Assembly (NCBI GenBank): GCA_000934665.2
Contig: JYFJ02001142.1
Coordinates: 62,001-126,000 of the forward strand
Source: Catajapyx aquilonaris
Lineage: Eukaryota
Length of the DNA stretch: 64,000 nt
Direction of reading: 5' to 3'
In this document: positions 38,882 to 51,987 of the stretch, piece by piece
Layout: each line of letters starts with the position of its first letter
How positions within the stretch are numbered: the first letter of the stretch is position 1
Translations under genes and position numbers: made by a program
Notes under the pieces: generated by a model
Told to the model about the DNA's origin: nothing
Databases searched by the model: none
The model's input: only the letters and a program-made list of their open reading frames with translations

Positions 38882-40832
38882 TTACGTGTCCCTGGCCCAC
38901 ATGCCCATGTCTAGAGGGCTACCAGCAGCGGATGCAAGTTCTGGGGCGCCAGGTGAGAAATCAGTAGTGGCGACGCTTGAAGTTACAGTGGCAACAATGG
39001 AGTAGTCTTGCCCATCTTGAAGTACCTTAAGCACATCTTCAACTTCATCTCCATCCATGTTGGGCAAGCAGTCGAGGCGGTCGTCTTCTGCCAACAGGGA
39101 GTCAAACTGGTCCTTCTTGGGGTCGAGCGTGTCCAGTTCCTCACCCATTATTGAGTCCAGGTCGATGTCAAGCAACCCGCCAGTTTGAAGTAGGAAGTCA
39201 CTCAAACCTTCGTCGTCTTCTGGGATTGTCACCACTTCAGGTTCTTGAATGTGCTGCGCTTCAACAGCCCTCTCTATTTCTTGTATTTCCTTGACAATCA
39301 TCATCTTGCGAGAGGCCTCTTGGTCGACTGGTTCTGGCTCCTGCTCAGGTTCTGGATCAGCAGCCCGTTGCAAAAGCTCTTTACCAAAAAAAGCTTCTTG
39401 CAAATATGCTGGGAAGGTCTCAAGAAGCTTTACTCTGGGTTTTCGACGGCGCTTGGAGTCTTCCGATCGCTTCTGAGAGCGCGGTACGAACCCACCAATG
39501 CCAAAACGTGTGTACCGTGACTTCTTCTGAGGCATAACGTCTGGTGAATCAGGTGTTCCAGACACCACAGACTCTATGGCAGCCAGTATTCCGTCTTCTG
39601 GATTCTTTCGGTTCTTCCTCTTACGATGTTCGTCCAACCCCAATGACTTCATCTGTGCCATTCCAGTTTCAGATAAGCAAATGCCATCCACCAGGTACGA
39701 GGAAGGAGTTCGGCGCTTCAAGGTAGCCAAGTGTGGTGGCGGGACATCATTTGGACGGCATAATGGACAGTTGTACCCCACCTCACCGCATCGCTCGGCC
39801 TCCCACTCAGTGCGTATCTGGTCACAACTTCCATGCAGCCACCTGCGACACTGCATGCAACGTACTATGAGCTGACCTTCATTGTATGATGCATTGCACG
39901 AGGGACAAACTGACAGACTTGCACATGGACCGCAACGTGTGTACTCCTGCTGCCACCCACTGTTGAACCCAGGATCACGTGCACCACATGCGTCACACCC
40001 AGCGCACCTCCCACATTTCCAAGTGCCATCAGGCACATGATCAAGTGGTGGAGTGGCACAGTAGGTGTGGTAGGACACATCACATCCATCACACAACAAA
40101 AGCTGGGACTCGTCGTCCCGACTTCCACATCCCTCGCACACAGTGCACTCGATGCACCGCCAACCCTTAAGCAGCACAATGCGCGAGACCTTCACGCCAG
40201 CACAGTACGGATGGTAGCACTGCCCACATTGCACGCATGCAATAAGCCGTCCCTCCGAGTCACTCCCGACAGCACCACACAACACGCATGCATCCTGCTT
40301 AAGCACAAATGGCGAGGAGCACAGAGTCGTGTGGTACTCTGCCCTTGGCTCTACCGGTGTGACCACGGAGGCTGTCAGAGTCTGAGTTTCAGTCTTCCTC
40401 TTGGTGTTGAGTGTGGGCCGCCTTGACTTGACAGGCGCCGACCTGTTCCGCACCCTGCTCCTGCTCCGCTCCACCTGGTCGTGAACCTCGTCAGGCGAGT
40501 CGCAATCCAGGGACCTCCTCCTGGCAGGCTTCCTCTTGGGCGCCGTCCGCTTCTGGTCTTCCTCGTGGAACTCATACACGTCCTTCTTGATCATGCTTTG
40601 CGTGCTGCACCTGCAAAACATGCAAACATGTAAACCAAGCTCTGCAATGTCACAACCCCACATCGTTCCCTGCGGCGGGCGTCAAAATCCCCCCCCACTT
40701 TCTATCCCCCAGCTCGACCTACGGTTCGGCCCGTTCCCTTGGGACGCACCGTGGCTTGCAGGAGGCCATCACTTGGACGGAAGAGGCTGGAGAGACTCAC
40801 CTGCTGGGTGGCAAGCAACTGGAGGGAGTCAT
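38882..40832 (-). CDS. KMT2C/KMT2D (MLL3/4; trr/Lpt)-related triple-PHD-finger protein lacking HMG/FYR/SET (~586 aa)
   Basis: Short exon 40801-40832 (MTPSSCLPPS, donor AG|gtgagt, phase 2) joins in frame to a 1.73-kb exon 38882-40610; an alternative start lies at 40594. Three PHD fingers with all Cys/His ligands plus an intervening CxxC..CxxC match the second PHD cluster of KMT2C (QDxCxxCG..GRLxACxQCGQCYHPYC..KGWRCxEC). They are followed by GIGGF and LETFPAYLQEAFFGKELL, motifs I recall from KMT2C. Confidence 0.85.
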
Positions 40833-40837
40833 GTTTC

Positions 40838-40945
40838 TCAGGAAGCCATCTTGCACGCTGTGACGTCAATCAAACGATTGCAATGGCATCCGATGGTATC
40901 GCGCACACCAAGTAGTTCTCCTCCGGCACACCAGGCGGCACCACC
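40838..40945 (-). promoter_or_regulatory. Putative promoter of the PHD gene
   Basis: Perfect CRE palindrome TGACGTCA at 40861-40868; YY1-like CAAGATGGC overlapping an upstream ATG at 40849; CTCF-like CACCAGGCGGCACC at 40929-40942; locally CpG-rich. Confidence 0.5.
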
Positions 40946-43900
40946 TGCGCAAATGAGACGCGCGCGTTTTGTATTCCGCATGCAACAGCATCGCACAGTG
41001 CTGTCCAGTGTACAGTACATTAACATTATTGCTCATTACGAAGCTCATTACTCGACATCAGTACATTGTTCTACTGACAATGAGAACAATCCAATGCTAA
41101 ACCATCCATCCTTTCGAGACACAACAATAACTACATTACATTAATAGAAACATGAGCTTCTTCCAATATATTGTACGGTCCCCTCAATTGCATTTGTAAC
41201 AATGTAAATGAAATTACTTCAAGTCACAAATCCCATTTAAAATATAAACTAAACGACCAAATCGCTTACTGTGCATGATGCACTCGGATCAAGGTAGAAC
41301 GACACTTTCAGCATGGTATCAGCAGTTAGATTATGTTTGGAAACTGGCAAGCGTAACTAAATTGATGACATTTTCAGTCATGATTGGACTCCCTAGTAGG
41401 AATACTACTTACAGCACCTGTTCTGCATTGCTTTACACATAATTATGCATGCGATGTATTTACTTCAATCATTCAGCCAAAATCCCGAGACACAAAATTC
41501 AGCACCAAGTCTTTATTTGAGATGAACAAGTGACATAGTTGTTGTAATAAATGGGGGAATTGGTGGTGGGTGGGGGTGAGAGGGGGATTAAAAGTAGGTA
41601 AAGTTGGAAGTACCCTACTATCATTGGATAGCATACAAAGGAAGTACAGAGCCATCATGTGTTTGCCTTTCCTTTTTTATATAAAAAAAAAATTGGGAAG
41701 AGAAATACACCCAACACATGAAGGCAAAAAGGGCGACCCAAGTTCCATGATTCTGTTTAGTCCCTGAACATGGAAGAAAGTAAGAACTTAAGAGACAAAA
41801 AAAAAAAAATGACAAACACACACACATACATACATATTATAATATTTATGTCCCTCTAAAATTGGGAATTTCCACAGACCCGACTAGATGGCGACATGTT
41901 GCCCAGCTGAACAAGTCCATGCTCTCACCGAGTTAAAAACGATTGACCAAAGGTGACAAGAACCGGACAAACAAAACATGCACTTTTATCGCCCTTTTCA
42001 TGGTTATTACTTTATTTTTCAGTATGCAGCTATGGTCACGAGATCAGTGATTCTATACAAAGCATCACCGGAATTCTTTAGTCAAGATATACAACAATGT
42101 CATGAAGGGAAAAAATGTTGAATGTCATTCGCCAAATCCAGTACATGTTCTGCACGATGACGTGCATCTACTAAGTAAAGATGACTATTTCTTCCCTCCC
42201 TGCCTCCCCCCCCCCTTCCCCAAAATTGATATGAGGAAAAAACAGTTGGTGGAATTTTTTGGGGAGTATAGATGAGAATGAATCTGAAGAAATTCGATGC
42301 CAAAAAAAGAGCACGTCTCTGAACTCCTACAAGTGGTAACATTTCAAATGGAAGAAATCCTGATTGCACGGAAAACCTTCAACAAATGTCCCCAAAATTG
42401 TCCTCTGGCAAGTCACCAGTACCACACAATCCTCCTTGAAAGAGGAGGATGCACTTGGGAGACAGGGGGAAGTGAGGGGGAGAAAGGAAAAAAAAGAGAA
42501 AAAAACCATTCACAGTCTTGATGTTGTGAAATAACACTTTTTCAAGCAATCGCTTTGACTTGGCCACAGGAATAAAGAAAAAAAAACACTTGTTGCCACT
42601 CTCCCCCCACATGTAAATGTCTTATTTTGTGCAGGGCAGGTATGGGGAGAGGTTGACTTGACCTGTGTTGGGTGGTAGATTGATTGACTGACCAACAGCA
42701 GCAGCAGCAGAAGGAATATTGTTAACATCGCACATAACACTTGTCAGGATGCGTACACAATTTTAACTGAAATTACAAAACAATCACAAGTCCTCGTAGG
42801 AAAGAAGGTAACTGGTTAACCATGTTTAAGTAACCATCCTGAATAATATATAGAAATAACACCATATTCAATAACATAGCCACTGGGAATGATAACAGCA
42901 TGGGATGGGTGAGGGAGGCTCACTTGTAAGGGTGGGATTTACTATGCAACACAAAATGTCAAGCGCTTTCAGGAATTCAGTTTTGTGTTTCCGTTTCTCA
43001 TCTAACTCGCATGTTCTCGTGAGCAAGTATTATTTGAAAAATAGAGCCGTTGTAAAAAAGTCCGGCTGTAATTCTACAATGAGCAAAGTGATTTTCTTAT
43101 TCTCTCATAGTGCAAAGTAACTCTTGCATGTTCCTAGGGAATGATGGTCAGGGATATCTACACCACGTTTCCAAAAGTGCAAAGGAAAAGGAAAACAACT
43201 AGTACAGGTGTGTGTGTACGCACGTGTGCGAGTGGTGGGGTAAGGCATTATTATTATTCCCTGCCAGTTCTTTACCACCTTTGCACCTAGTCTAAATGAA
43301 TTGGGTCACGCTCAAGTTCCCTTCACACTACGCAACTAAATTTCTTAGAAAATAACCTCATTTTGCTCTGGCCAATTCAATGGTTTCTAATAAATCATTT
43401 CAAACAATTAATCTGCAAACTAGTGTGTAGGTCACACACACAAAGCGTAACTTCGATTCCCAAAAGGTAGTCAAGTGTCGGCTGGAAAATCCTTCGTTTA
43501 CTTGGAAGTTGTCTCCTGGTTTTAAACTCGTTAGGCAAGTTCTGTAATAGTCGCATGCCTGCACTGGCTGTATTGTGCTCTGGAGAAATGGATTTGCACA
43601 AGCCTTGCATTAATTTTATTTCACTCGGCCCTTCAAATATGGGTGAAACTAAGCAGACTAATGCAGCACAATAGAGAGAGCCATGCTCTCCAATCCCTGA
43701 AGACAAAGGGTAAGGTGCACAAGTGGAAACTGAATTCCTGAGCCTCATATCTCTCCTTCTTTTCTTTGAACTTGTTGCCTGGAAATTCTCTCACAGCTAC
43801 TAAATACTATCTATTAATCAAATGCCACTGTGAACTATCTTCTGACTTCAAAAAGGAACATTTTAGTAGAAACTCACAATGGACATTTAAATTGCAAAAG

Positions 43901-45556
43901 GTCACCAACTCCCTCGCCATTCCAAAAAACAACCAGCCTACAAGTCACAATTAAAAAATAACTGACCAATAAGTACTGCCAAGTTTACTGGACCAACATA
44001 CGAACACTACTGTAGTTTTAAAAGGACGTAAAAGAGACACAATCCTTTCTTCGATTTCAGCTTTCCTCACCCTCCTTTTCCTCTGTGTTCTGTCTCCGTG
44101 TCTGTGCGCTAGCAACTACGACTTCCAAGACTCTTGCAGGAGGTCTGCTAGCCCGCTTTAGTTCTCCAAATGGTTCTCCTCTAGACGGCAATGTTATCAG
44201 TCTTGGCAGGGTCTTTAGTGATTCTGAGTGACTTGGCGCTAAGAATGTTCCTCAGAGCACCAGCTCCCAATTAATTGCCTTCAAAAAAAAAACTCACCCT
44301 GCTGCTGCATTTTTAAGTCACAAGAAAAGATAAAAGCAGTAATAACAACAACAACAACAACAATAATTATAATAAAATAATACAAGTACCCCCTAATATT
44401 CTTTCCACATGTTATCAATCACATTCTGTCTTTTCCACTTCACAAAATTTTGCTCTGCTCCCACAAAATAATGTCACCCAAAAACTAAACAAAAACCTAT
44501 TATCTGTACAAAAGAACAACAAAGAATGAGACCCAGAAGAGGAGGAGCAAAAGGAAACTAAGCTGAACGTAATACTTTTCAAACCCGCTTTTCTCCCTGG
44601 CAGAGAAATCTGACGCTGAATGGAAAATACCCCAACTTTCTTCCACAGTTTATGAAATGTACTGCAACTTAGGCCACTTTTGTTTCATTTTTTTTTTCTT
44701 TAACTTATCTGATATCAATAAAAAAAGTTAATTTCACAGTGGAACTGTTTCAGGCCGTACCTTGGCCTCTATAATTTCTACATTCTCTACTCCTACAAAC
44801 TGTATCTATGCAGTCCTGTTTCAACATTTGTGGAGAAAAACATGAACAAGTCAACACTGATTACCAGCAGTGTTGTCCCTACACAAGAAGGGAGGGGGAG
44901 GGAGGGAAGGGGGAATCTCTGAACAAGTAGATCACGACCAATCCATGGTCTCTGCACCAGAAACATTTTTCAAAGTGGTTATGTAATATAGAAAAGACAC
45001 TTGTAGTATTCAAATACACCAAACTACACAAAGACTTTCGCCAAGATCCCTGCCTCGACTGCAAGACACATGACTCACTGGCACCTTTGAGGAAGGAAAA
45101 GGGGAGAGAGGAGTTTTCCTTGCAAGGGGTGGAAAAAAAAGCAGAAAATGAGATTATTTCAGCACAACAAAGAGTCAACTTTTTGTTAACGATGCTCATG
45201 TTACAGAGGGAGAAAAAAAAAGTAGGCCAATATGAAAAAACAAGGCAAATTCACATCCTCCACCTCCTCCTCCTTTCCTTGGGGGAATGGCGCACATAAT
45301 GTTGAGTGCTGTACAGGAAGCCTGTACATCTCTCTCTCCCCCATCCCTTGCCCACCACATACAGTACCTCAAAAGTGCATTGCTTGCAACCACTGCACTG
45401 GCTACAGTCAAGTCTCATGGGGTGAGTGTAACATGAAGTGAAATTGTGGGGTCTCTAGGTTTGGAGAGTAGAAGGTATTTAGAGAGAGAGAGAGACAGTG
45501 TATACATGTAGAGAAAAAGTGGGAAAGGATGTTTCGCCGCTGGACAAACAGGAGGC

Positions 45557-48500
45557 TTACTGATTGGCCTGTGGGTCACACTGTAACAGTCTAACGATGG
45601 AAGGGTCGCTTTTGGCACCTTCAATGAACTCTTCTAGGGACAACTTTCCATCCATGTTCTTATCCATCTGCCGGAAGATCTTGTCTGTCCGCTTCTCAGG
45701 TGTTGACTCATCCTCTGGCATTTTCATCACTGAACCTACCATTTTATAGATTGCCTGCAAGAGAGAACCAGCACGTCAATTCACCAAACACCAATTGCGC
45801 CTGAGTCACAAAAGAACCCATTCAAATTGTTTCACCACGAAACAGGCAAAAAAATGTTCCCATTAGGAATGGACAGTTGCCACTTCTCATGTGCAGAAGC
45901 TACAGAATTTAGCCTGGTTTCAGTATCAATTTCACAGACTCTTGCATTAATCACCTCACATTTAGGCACAAAGTTATGCTTACTGTTGAATTTTACAAAT
46001 GCCATTGCAATGGGTGCAAATGTCAGAAGCAACTCCTTTTCACTTTTAGAACACTAAAATATCTTTGGTGCTCACGTATAAGTTTCGTTGCTCCTCCTCA
46101 CCAGAACCATATGAACTAACATTTTTCTGAGAAATTCCTCTCTCAAAGAGCACAGATATTAAGAAGTGAAAAGCAAGGATCCTAGACTTCATCTGGTTTC
46201 TTATACTTATCCCATTAGAGATAATCTCATTCTCAATGTTCACCAAATATCAACATAACCAGATGTCACACTACAACATACACTATTTCCTTTCCTTCTT
46301 TCAAAGTTTTCATAATCAACTACTAGCTAAGCAAGTCTCGCACAATAACACTGGTCTACCATTTCCTGCCTGCCTTGAAAAGGATAGTGACTTGTTTTGA
46401 AAACAAACATGCAAAAAGTAATGCTGCTTATACAAGTAGAGAAAGCCTATCAAGATGTGGATTGCAAAATGTTGCCCTTTACTAACACACGTCAGCAAAA
46501 ATTTCACATACGACTTTTGCTTATGCCTTGTAGATATGCACTTAAATTTTGCCTCCAAATCCCATATACCCATGACATAATATATGTCAAAACATCACGA
46601 GAAAAAAATTAGCAGCCATATGTCCCCATTTTTCAATGGGTCACAACAATGAAACAGGCCTACCAAGTAAACTGACAACTTGGGTCACTGGACAAAACGT
46701 GCATCAGATGCATTATAACTGTGGTATTTCAAGTAAGATCAGCAGCCAGTTATCGGGCCGCCAGAGTTGTTCCAGGTGTGTAGCAAACTAATCGAAAAAT
46801 TCATGCTACTGGAGTTTAACTAGCAAATGATAATATGTTATAACCCCTTCACTACCAGCCACCTAGAAGCTAGGTGACGAGAACTCGACCACCAGGTATC
46901 ATCAGTCCAAAAAGAATTGTCCCAGTCATCCTGATGTGTGTGCTGCCCGCTCGACACACACCATGTAACTTACATGGTGTGTGTCGAGCGGATGACTGGG
47001 ACAGTTCTTTTTGAACTGTTGATACCAGCTATACAGCAATCGCCTAGATTCTCTTCACTTCCATTCCACTTGCAAATAAGGACAAGATATTTTACAAATA
47101 ATAACAGCTATACTCTTACATTCATGCTCTACACAATGCATGTGTTGTAAACAATTTTACTCGCATAGAAGTCCGTAAATTAATTTCCAAAAAGATTGCC
47201 GCACAGTATACCCACTATATTTCTGCCTAGATTTTCCCTCCTGTTCAACTTACAAGTACGCTGAAGTAAGGGCAAGATATTTTACAAGTAGTAACAGCTG
47301 TACTTATCCATCCATGCAAAACACAACATATGTATTGGAAACAATTTTCCTTGTCTCAAAGGCTGTAAATTAATTTCCAAAAGAAGATGAAAATCCTAGT
47401 ACTACCATCCAACTGTTACAGTGATTTAATTATGAAATACGCTAAAATATACAGAATAACAATCTTGAGAACCATGCCAGATAACTTTGTTGAAATCGTT
47501 GCACTTTCCGAGAAATAAATTAATACTTTTCTGCGACTTGCCAATCACTTCGGATAACTCCCAAATTTATTTATTTCTCGAAAAGTACGACGAATTCATC
47601 AAATTCATCTGGCACGCTTCCAGGATTGTTATTCCGTATATCTTAAAAGTATTTCAAAATTAAATCAACCTAACAGTTGGCCGGGAGTACTCGAATTTCC
47701 AATTTTTTACAGAGATCTTTTTGGTAATTAATTTAGGGACTTCTATGGGAGGAAAATTGTTTCCAATACATTCAGTGTGTTTTCCATGAAAGGATAAGCA
47801 GAGCTGTTATTATTTGTAACATATCTTATTCATATCTTCAGCGTATGCTTAAGCGGAAAACTAGGTGGTGACGGGTATAACTGGGACTGTGCGGTTGAGT
47901 TCTCATCGCCTAGATTCTAAGGTGGCTGGTAGTGACGGGGCTAATAAGGCTATTGGCCAAAGGAAGTCTTCAGATCCTTTGCTCCTCACTAACAGTAAGT
48001 GTTCAAAAAAGGTATGAGAAGTACAGCATCACAAAGACTCCAAATGAGCCAAGGTTTTGTTTTAAAGGACCACAAACCTTCCACAATATTACTTTCACTT
48101 GGAACAGAAATGACCATCTCACCGTAACAATTTCCAGCATTTCTTGCCTGGAGATGTATCCATTACCATCCAGATCATACATGCTGAATGCCCACTTCAG
48201 CTTCTGCTCCAACTTCCCTCGAGACGTCACAGAAAGTGCACACAAGAATTCCCTGAAGTCAATGGTTCCATCACCATTGGCATCAAACGTCCTAAAGACA
48301 TGCTCTGCAAACTAATTCACAAGAAAGGTAAGTGTCTCTGGTCTGACAAACTTGGAGCAAACTGATGCTGCAATACCTTGGAGGCATCCCCATATGGAAA
48401 AAAATTCCCATATATTTTCTTGAACTCTTCTACACTGAGATGGCCACTGGGACAGTCCTTCAGGAATCCTTTGTACCATTCTTGGATTTCAGCATCTGTA

Positions 48501-48642
48501 TACAATTAAAATTACACAATTACATACATTCCAAGTGAAACAGCCAGATACTTTCCCAATCTCACAACCAACCTGAAAACTCTGTGTTCTGCCGGAGATC
48601 CTCCAGCACTTCAGGCTTTAATTTACTGTTTTGTTTACCCAT
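45557..48642 (-). CDS. Nca: Neurocalcin/hippocalcin-like neuronal calcium sensor (191 aa)
   Basis: Exons 48573-48642, 48377-48495, 48123-48311, 45557-45754 (576 nt). Myristoylation motif MGKQNSKL; inactive EF1 (DCPSG); EF loops [36 protein letters not shown]. Confidence 0.95.
46844..47940. mobile_element. ~1.1-kb non-autonomous foldback DNA element (piggyBac-like termini) in neurocalcin intron 3
   Basis: ~50-bp imperfect TIRs CCCCTTCACTACCAGCCACC... / ...GGTGGCTGGTAGTGACGGGG; flanks ATAA and CTAA, each one mismatch from TTAA; long internal inverted arms centred near 47545; internal tandem duplication ~47030-47200 vs ~47210-47380. Confidence 0.8.
46895..47026. repeat. Nested hairpin/MITE with a perfect 22-bp palindrome core
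   Basis: CCGCTCGACACACACCATGTAA (46947-46968), one base, then its exact reverse complement (46970-46991); flanked by ~35-bp imperfect outer arms. Confidence 0.85.
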
Positions 48643-51600
48643 TGTTCGGAAGAATTATATATGTACTTGGAATGACACGCTATCTCATGCAAACCCTGAA
48701 ATTGCAAGAAATCAGGTATTAGAAATGCTCATAATATAATTAAAAATATAGTTTACACTGACACGTCAGCATGCAATATTTTGCCATGTTGGAGGAAGCA
48801 GTTCTGACTTTGGGCATGCAGAATTACATACTGCATGACTCACCTTAACCTGAGAGCCAAAATATCTGTCCAAATATGCATACACCAATAGTCTTCTGGC
48901 AAAGATTACCTCATAAGCTGTTCCTACCATTCCTCTTGTTACCCGAGAACCTGACTGGTAAAATAATTAGCAGCCAAAATAAATTAAATGTTCTCGTGCT
49001 TGATGGTTATCTGCTCACAATATTTTTGCAAGCTTCACAATGGAACACACAGATAAAAGGCTGCAAAGTGTTCACCTCTCTAATACTACAACTTCCTGTC
49101 AGATTCTCACTTAAAGGCACAAGAATGAAGAATCAAATCCCAAGTGTACCATATTGATCATCGATTTTCTCATGCTGTCTATAACCAGTAACATGGCACC
49201 AATAAATTCTACCCCTTTACCTTAAAAGACAAAATGCTGCAAAAGAAGAAAAAAAATAGGGAGAATGCAGGTAAAATGACATATTCTCACAGTTTTGGTT
49301 TGGAAATATGTGTATTGAGAAGGAAGAGTGCAAGACGTACAAAAATATTAACTAGAGAGGGCATTTGAGAGGTGTGCCAGGAGGAATGTGTGCTCGCTAA
49401 ACCAACAGTCAGAGTGAACAAAACGGCGACTAGAGCAGAGCTCAGGAGGATTGTCGTGGAAACTGGCAAGCGAGTCAACAGTAGAGTCAAGATGCAAGCG
49501 CAAGTGTCCTACCACCAAACATACAGTACAAGTGCCGCAAAATCATCCTGCCAATAATTGTCTGCTTCTCTGCACACACACCGCTGGCATGTTGTTTCCT
49601 ATTACTTCCTTCCACAATCTACTAGCAAACACTCTGGGACCTAGCTTAGTGAGATTTGTCACATGTTCCCTGAAAGCAAGCACAGGGTCAAAGCACATAG
49701 AATGTCAACTACATTGCAAATAAATTTCTTGCACATATTTCCAGCATACTTGGAGCAGTGGCAGGAATGTACCCTACACTCCTCAACAGGAGTTCAAGTA
49801 ACTTAATGCAACTCGAGTAGATACAAAAACGAAAAATATGGCTGGGCCGTTGTTCATGGCTGGAAGTTGTCTGCTATGTAAATGCCTACTCTCGGTCACT
49901 GGCTTGAATTCTTGCTTGCTTGCTTTTTTATCCTAAACTTTGGAATATTTCCCCTGCTTCAAAAATATACTGAACATCGTAAAACACCAAAACAAATTTA
50001 AAAACGCAAAATATTCACCAGTCGTCCTCCTAGTACAGGCTTCGCGGTTCCCTCTCACTTTCTCTCTCTTGACTACCTTTGATCTCATAAAAATCCCATG
50101 ACCTGTTGACAATACTGTTTCTTTTTTCTTTCTTCTTTGTGAAGAGCTGAGCAAAAATTGTCACTGTAAATGTCTTATACTCTCTTGCCAGGAAACAAGC
50201 GTCCTTCTCTTCTCGGGACTGCAGCAAAAAAAGTTATTTTGGGTCCCCAACTGCACAAAGTGACAGATAAAAAGTTGTGTACCTTGTACAGCCATCCGTT
50301 TTCACTTGGTGAAAGTTAACAAGTACGTAGTCACACACCAACAGGTGGGAAATAACGACAAACGATGAAAAGCCCACCTTTGTACACTCCTAACTTGGGC
50401 AACTGCAGTTCAATCTTGCAAGGCAACAAGAATAACCACCAACTGCTTGTAATACAAAACGGAACAAGAAATGTATGACACCCAACTAGGACCTATACAC
50501 AATTTTATGCACATTATATAAAATTCACACTGGAATGTTTGATGACTACAACCATTACTTTGCCCCCCGGTCAAAAAAAGACTTCATCCAACCGTGCAGC
50601 CCTTCCCACCCCCCATGGAAAAGAAAATGCAATAGTATACATGGTCCAAAATAATCCTGATATGTCACTGGATGTGTCTGGTGTGCAAAACCTCCTATCC
50701 TGTTCTATATCCTTTGAAATAGCTCAGTGCTTGTATGATGATGATTTCAGATCCCTTCTATCTCGTGAGATCCATGTGCTATCAGGCACATAAAGTTTGG
50801 GCGCTTGGGTTAAATTCTCAACTGCCTCATTTTTGGCCCATAGAGTGTCCTGAGGAAAAAAGCAGACATGACCCATTCAGTCTCAGACATCAAGAGAAAA
50901 GGAGCAAAAATTGCCCGCTCTTGCCCAACATCCACAGGCCAACAGTGACGTATTTGAGAATGGAGAAGTGTCTGAACCTTTATGGGCCCAATAGCAAACA
51001 GTAATATCAAAGTACCTGAAATATTATACGGGGTAAAATAAGCAACAGGAGTTTCGAATGAATCAAAGGTAATACTGTCAAGGTACATTCATGCGTATGT
51101 CTTGGTCCCTTCTGCACACCATAATTTTTGACATGTGAAATGTGAAGTGTGTATATGTGAACCTATGGGTAACCACAGCTTAACAAATGGATTGAGAAGA
51201 TAAAGCAGTGAGTACGTGGTGCAGGACTGCAAACCTTAACGCAGCTCTCTCTCCTTACATCCTGATTGTCATCTTTTCTATCCAGTCAATGAGGAAAAGT
51301 AAGGAACAAAAACGCAACACCCTGGCCAATGATCATTGCCCAATCCCGACAGCAGGTGTTCTCTCAGTGCCTTCTTTGGGCATTAGACAACCACTTGAAT
51401 ACTTTGTGGAAGGTCAAAAAGGAGAAGGTATTGGCACGCATGCCCATTGGGAACTTTCAACTCTCCCTTCACTTATACACTTTGTGCTAGAGATAGTCCC
51501 TCTATAAGCTCGGAAAGTAGTGGAGTTATTGTCAGAAGAAAGTTGACGACTTCCAAGAACCTCATTGGTAACACACAATTATCAAAATGCAGATGTCTCG

Positions 51601-51987
51601 ACTTGGAATGTAACGTATCTATTTGAGAAAGAGTAAATTTTGCAGGTGCTGTTGTAAGGCTATTGATATGCACAGGTAGAAAAACTAGAGGCTCAGGTTC
51701 GCCATTACTTGAGAGCACTACAGGAAAGTAATGCAGTATTACACTTTGGAAGAATTTCTCATGTAAGCAAATGAATCATCAACAAGATCACAATCATCAT
51801 CTTCATGTCCATGAGATACCTTCCCAATAATTGTGCCAATATTATCTTGGAGGTGAAAAAGTGGAGAGAGTTGGATACAGGAGCGGGCAGTGGGAAGTAA
51901 GAATTCAATGAGCATATAGGGCCAGCTTAAACATTATCATCCCCTCTCGTTTTCTCTCCCTTTTCCCCTTCCCTGAAGTTTTAGTTC

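Noticed and set aside
40536..41144. 202-aa plus-strand ORF over the PHD gene promoter
   Set aside because: No recognisable domain, non-ATG start, and it overlaps GC-rich regulatory DNA where long ORFs arise by chance.
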